Shown: positions 61,482 to 64,000 of the stretch, in pieces
How positions within the stretch are numbered: the stretch's first letter is position 1
Layout: every line of letters begins with the position of its first letter
Source of the DNA: Eledone cirrhosa
Lineage: Eukaryota
NCBI GenBank assembly: GCA_964016885.1
Contig: OZ024740.1
Location: 192,448,001 to 192,512,000 of the forward strand
Reading direction: 5' to 3'
DNA: 64,000 bases
The notes under the pieces: model-generated
Told to the model about the DNA's origin: nothing
What the model saw: only the letters and a program-made list of their open reading frames with translations
Databases searched by the model: none
Program-made: the position numbers and the translations under genes

Positions 61482-62089
61482 TATATATATATGTATAAGT
61501 GTGTGTATGTGAGTATGATTATCTACGTGGTGGGAAGGCGTGTGCGGATACATGTGTTGATAGAAAATAGATTTAATATGTTATATTGCGTGTCATTCGA
61601 TCAATAAGTGTCAATGTTTGAATATTTTCATTTGACGATAACACTAATAAATACTTCAAATATACTTCTATTGAACTTTCATTTTGTTAATACACACGCA
61701 AATGTGTGTCTAATACGCCAATGACATAATTTTTGCTTTTGAGTGTCTCTGTGCCTTCGAAAGTTTATATGAAGATTAATATCAAGTACGCTGTATTTCT
61801 ACTTGAAAATTGATTTCACACTTTCTAACATGTTATGACACAGAGTGTATTGTCTAAAATTTTCTCTGGGAGTCTTGAAACTACTGTGTCTGTTCGTCAT
61901 TTCAAATTAATTCCTCGCACGCTGCTGCACAAAGACATACAGAAAACATCATAACCCAACGAAACGTTTATTTGTTTATTGTAGTTGAAAGACATGGGGA
62001 TGCATTTTCCCTCAAATAATGCCTTACCATCTTAAATCTAGAACGAAAGATTTGATCACTTAGTATTATATATATTATTTATGACTATA

Positions 62090-62279
62090 AGGGCGGTGAA
62101 TTAGCAGTATCGGTAGAGGGTTGGATTATGCTTTCCAGCATAGTTACGTCCCTTTACGTTCTGAGTTCAATTCCCGCCGAGGTTAACTTTGCCTTTCATC
62201 CTTACGGGGTCGATAAAATAAAGTACCAGTAATGTACTGGTATAATTGTTGGCCTTGTGCCAAAAAGTAGAAACAATTA
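62090..62279 (+). mobile_element. tRNA-derived SINE (OK-like)
   Basis: GGCGGTGAATTAGCAGTATCGG A-box region, GAGTTCAATTCCC B box, CCTTTCATCCTTACGGGGTCGATAAAATAAAGTACCAG. Confidence 0.85.
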
Positions 62280-63389
62280 TTTATGAATATATATCAATAT
62301 GGTTATAAGATGCTCTTTAAATTAAGTATATGTCATTAAAATAAACAACAACAAATATAACAATAACACTTAATTGATTGTATACTCTTTTCATCTTTTC
62401 CTGTGTCCAAACATACAGCCCAATTGAGATTTATCAGTTTATAGTTAACGAAACGCAGAATTCGTATGTCCAATGAAATCAACTGGTGCTACTTTGTCAT
62501 AATCATAATCATTTGAAATGTAATAAACATACATTACTACCATGTGTTTCGAACTCATTTTGTGAAATAAATGATGTGTAAGAAAAACAAATTAATGTTG
62601 AGGCTAGTCATTCGTACTCTAGAAAATAAAAACGTGTTCTTTCGATTTTCAGAAGTTTCATTTCTAAGGTAGTTGCCTTAATAATATCCTTTTTTTGCCT
62701 CGATAATTTTGCAACATTTGTACTTCGAATATTCACACACAATACCAATTACATTCCACTATTTTTCTGTTTCCTAGAAAAACTTCAATCACTCGTTTCG
62801 TAAAATAATTTCCTCTGTGGAGAAATTGCAAGATCTATATTTCTTTTTACAGAAAACTACAATATCAATTGTTATCACTTAACATTTCAATTTAAAACAT
62901 GTTCGTAATTAAGAGATACATTCTGATTCGTGCCATAGTTGTTGACGAAGTAAAAATCAACCCACAGAATTAAGGCGGCATTGGTCGGCTAATGTGTTAG
63001 TGCGTTGTCGTTAGATTAGGGCTCTACTCTGAATGCATACAACAAAGCTGAGTTGACCAGCGCCACAAATGACTAGATTGTCGTGTTACACCGAAGAATA
63101 CAAATAATGTATCGCGTTATAAATGATAAATTTGTCTGATGCGCTGCCAATAATTTCTGTTTAAACATTTACATTACAGAAACTCATAATATTATTCATT
63201 CTCATGAAAAATATTTAAATGAATAATATTATGTGCTAGTAAGATATCTTTAACTACTGTTTTTATCGTTCAATTCCACGCCCGACCTGGTCGAGGAGAT
63301 ATATGATGAAAGTAATTGAAATTGTTATTATTCCATATTTGTATGTCTATTTATATATACGTTATACAATTTTGTTCTCCATTTACGAC

Positions 63390-63672
63390 TAATGATTGTC
63401 TCGTAGCCGCCGGGTCATCTTGCCAGTCTTTATTCTGGTCTCTTTGGCGTTAATCAACTGTCAGTACACGACTCCCAACTGGACATGACACCAGACAATC
63501 GTAAAGGTATTCCTCTAGATACTGCTGGTATTCATGTTCAACTAATTATACTGGAGCAACATGAATGGAACTGTTTTGCTCAAGAACACAACACACAGAC
63601 CAGTTCCAGAATCGAACCCATGACGTTATGATCGTAGGCTCAACACCCTTAACGCACACGAAGCGCCTCACC
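63390..63672 (-). mobile_element. CORE-type SINE (octopus OR-like), degraded
   Basis: Reverse complement: GGGTTCGATTC B box, TTGTGTTCTTGAGCAAAACA..TTCATGTTGCTCCAG CORE-like segment. Confidence 0.65.
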
Positions 63673-64000
63673 TTTAACGACAGCACGGTGGCATTTAACG
63701 GAGAATTGATCGATATTTCAAGCAGGGCGAATGACCGTGTATAATCACTATCCTTGTTTCGAGTTTGTTGTCATTCACCGGCATTGGTGATCGATGACGA
63801 ATGACGATTAAGTTCTATTTTAATTAATAATTAATTATGATATGACAGATGCAGAGTAAACAGCGGCACTCATGAGATTTTGCAGTGTCTAATTTATTTT
63901 GTGGTTATTTCCATTCGTATTTTTACCGAGGTAAATTTATTTTCATCTAGACTCACCGGCTATTTATCAGCAATGTATGATGCTAAGCTTGTTGACGAGG

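Overview
AT-rich eukaryotic DNA full of (TA)n, (CA)n, (GA)n and (ATT)n microsatellites. The SINE families and repeat content suggest an octopus or other coleoid cephalopod (inference). No host protein-coding gene can be supported; most ORF-track entries are microsatellite artefacts or antisense ORFs of retroelements. The window is mostly retroelement DNA: (i) several Penelope-like elements (PLEs; RT and/or GIY-YIG remnants, mostly Naiad-type); (ii) an (ATT)n hotspot at 14.9-25.0 kb with three L1/Tx1 insertions and an opposite-strand R4/Dong 3' end; (iii) RTE, CRE-like, SINE and Helitron remnants. The main hidden structure is a dense set of type I hammerhead ribozyme (HHR) motifs, more than 25 read by eye from at least a dozen unrelated repeat families. 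Most sit in fold-back modules embedded in (TA)n that share one polarity (left arm minus, right arm plus). They include retrozyme-like tandem arrays (units of about 310, 420 and 530 bp) and non-canonical cores (UUGAAAA with U3-A8 covariation, CCGAAGA, CAGAAGA). All structures were read manually and none has been tested for activity.
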